64,000 bases of DNA, from positions 32,001 to 96,000 of the IMG/VR virus record IMGVR_UViG_3300037089_000505; one strand, written 5' to 3'. Under the pieces are notes generated by a model. That model made no database searches and was not told where the DNA came from. It saw nothing but the letters and a program-made list of their open reading frames with translations. The stretch's first letter is position 1, and the number at the start of each line of letters is the position of its first letter. The position numbers and the translations under genes were made by a program. This document shows, piece after piece, positions 62,827 through 64,000 of this stretch. Source of the stretch: a virus.

Positions 62827-63081
62827 AGATATGAGAGTCGGCGACATGGTCAGAAACAGCAAAGAACAAAGACTTTATTGCGGATGTGGAATGTATCCAT
62901 ACGCTATAGTCATGTCCCTCGATCCCTTCATCTTGGTATCAGAGGAGACTGATATGAGATGGGACCATGTTCTCAGAGAAGAGATGGACGAAATAGTTGG
63001 ACGGGCAAAGACTTCCACTATTCTGCGATGTCTTTGCCGCCTTTCTCTAAAAGAAAAGATAAAATTTTTAAATTGGTCTAA

Positions 63082-63315
63082 ATGAATAAGCGTAAGGTCA
63101 TTCATCTTTTGAAAGGAGTACGCTACGCGAAGATAAGAGCTGATTTATCGTTTTTGAATGGCGGTGAAATTCCTTACAAAAATCATTGGGGTAATTGGGT
63201 TTGGCGCGATCCTTCTGTACCAGAGGACAAAAATTGGGGCGGGCTAAAGCCTCCCAATAGTACTTGCATCCCAGTTCTCTATAATGGAATTTGGCACTGG
63301 AAACATTTTCTTTAA
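63082..63315 (+). CDS. small Trp-rich protein with N-terminal KRKVIHLLKG motif
   Basis: ORF overlapping the upstream stop. Confidence 0.55.
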   Translation: MNKRKVIHLLKGVRYAKIRADLSFLNGGEIPYKNHWGNWVWRDPSVPEDKNWGGLKPPNSTCIPVLYNGIWHWKHFL

Positions 63316-64000
63316 AGGAAACTCTATGATAATTGCATTGAGCCTTTTTGCAGCTGTAGTAATAGTTGCACTTATTAGCTATGGGATCACATGGCTTAGT
63401 GATCTGTGGTGGAAACATGCAGTAAGTCGAATGCTTCACAAATTAGCCAAAAAATATTCAACAAAAGATCCTCACGTGCATGATGTCTTAGAAAAATTTG
63501 CCAAGGACTGGGATAAAGATCATTTGTTTGGTAAAGGAATAAAATGAAGCTTGAACAAATGTGTTCCTATAATAGCATGACTGGTATGTATCCAGATCAT
63601 GTTTGGGGTGGGGAACCCCGATATGAAAAGGCACGGCGGGTACGATGCCCAACATGTGGGCGATCAATGATGGCCGCAGTACGTTATTGTCATGATGGCT
63701 GTTGCGCTTTTCAATGTATTCCGCCTCATAAGAAAAAGGGCTGGTGGAAAAAACCAAAACCCAAACCAGTTGAGCACAGACATCCGAGGAGAGTATGAAA
63801 AAATACGGCACAACTCCAGAGAAGACGCGAGAGATATGGCGTTCTATCAATATCCGCAAAGTTCTCAAGAAACATATTGCTTGTCAAAGATGTGGTCTTT
63901 GTTGCAAAGCTGGAGTTTGTGGAGTTGGAAAAGAAGATAAAAATGGTCGATGTATTTTTCTTGTAAAACTAGAGGACAAATATTCTTGTAAACTCTACGC

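Noticed and set aside
1-64000. Stop-codon reassignment
   Set aside because: Long genes are intact in the standard code, and TAG/TGA/TAA all end genes just before the next SD or start.
1-64000. tRNA or other structured ncRNA genes
   Set aside because: No cloverleaf or T-loop signature noticed and intergenic gaps are short; tRNAscan/Infernal would be needed to exclude them.

Overview
A single-strand-coded (all credible genes on +), densely packed segment of a large T4-like/jumbo myovirus genome. The first ~15 kb is AT-rich core: end of tail sheath, tail tube, baseplate-hub assembly genes, Mre11/Rad50-like gp47/gp46, RecA/UvsX, UvsW helicase, primase and DnaB-type helicase. The other ~49 kb is accessory, with more than 100 short ORFs interspersed with recognisable enzymes: NAD synthetase (NadE), nicotinate phosphoribosyltransferase (PncB), a full WGR-PARP, a second ADP-ribosyltransferase-like protein, Nudix, RNA ligase, ATP-dependent DNA ligase, Thg1, UDG, SET, ATP-grasp and several phosphoesterases. 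A ~9 kb island (33.8-43.1 kb) encodes exported, lipoprotein and beta-barrel-like proteins, implying a diderm host. Main patterns read from the sequence: (i) a recurrent non-canonical promoter, TCGA-N8-TAnnnT, at 12 gene boundaries, half of them positioned for leaderless mRNA (including PARP and DNA ligase); (ii) a deamidated (Preiss-Handler-type) NAD+ resupply route alongside NAD-consuming enzymes; (iii) a 10-residue helix motif attached to 12 otherwise unrelated small ORFs; (iv) a probable +1 frameshift in the baseplate-hub genes; (v) an iteron-like repeat array followed by an AT-rich tract. All product calls come from motif recognition by eye; no searches were run. Many short hypothetical ORFs are not listed individually.
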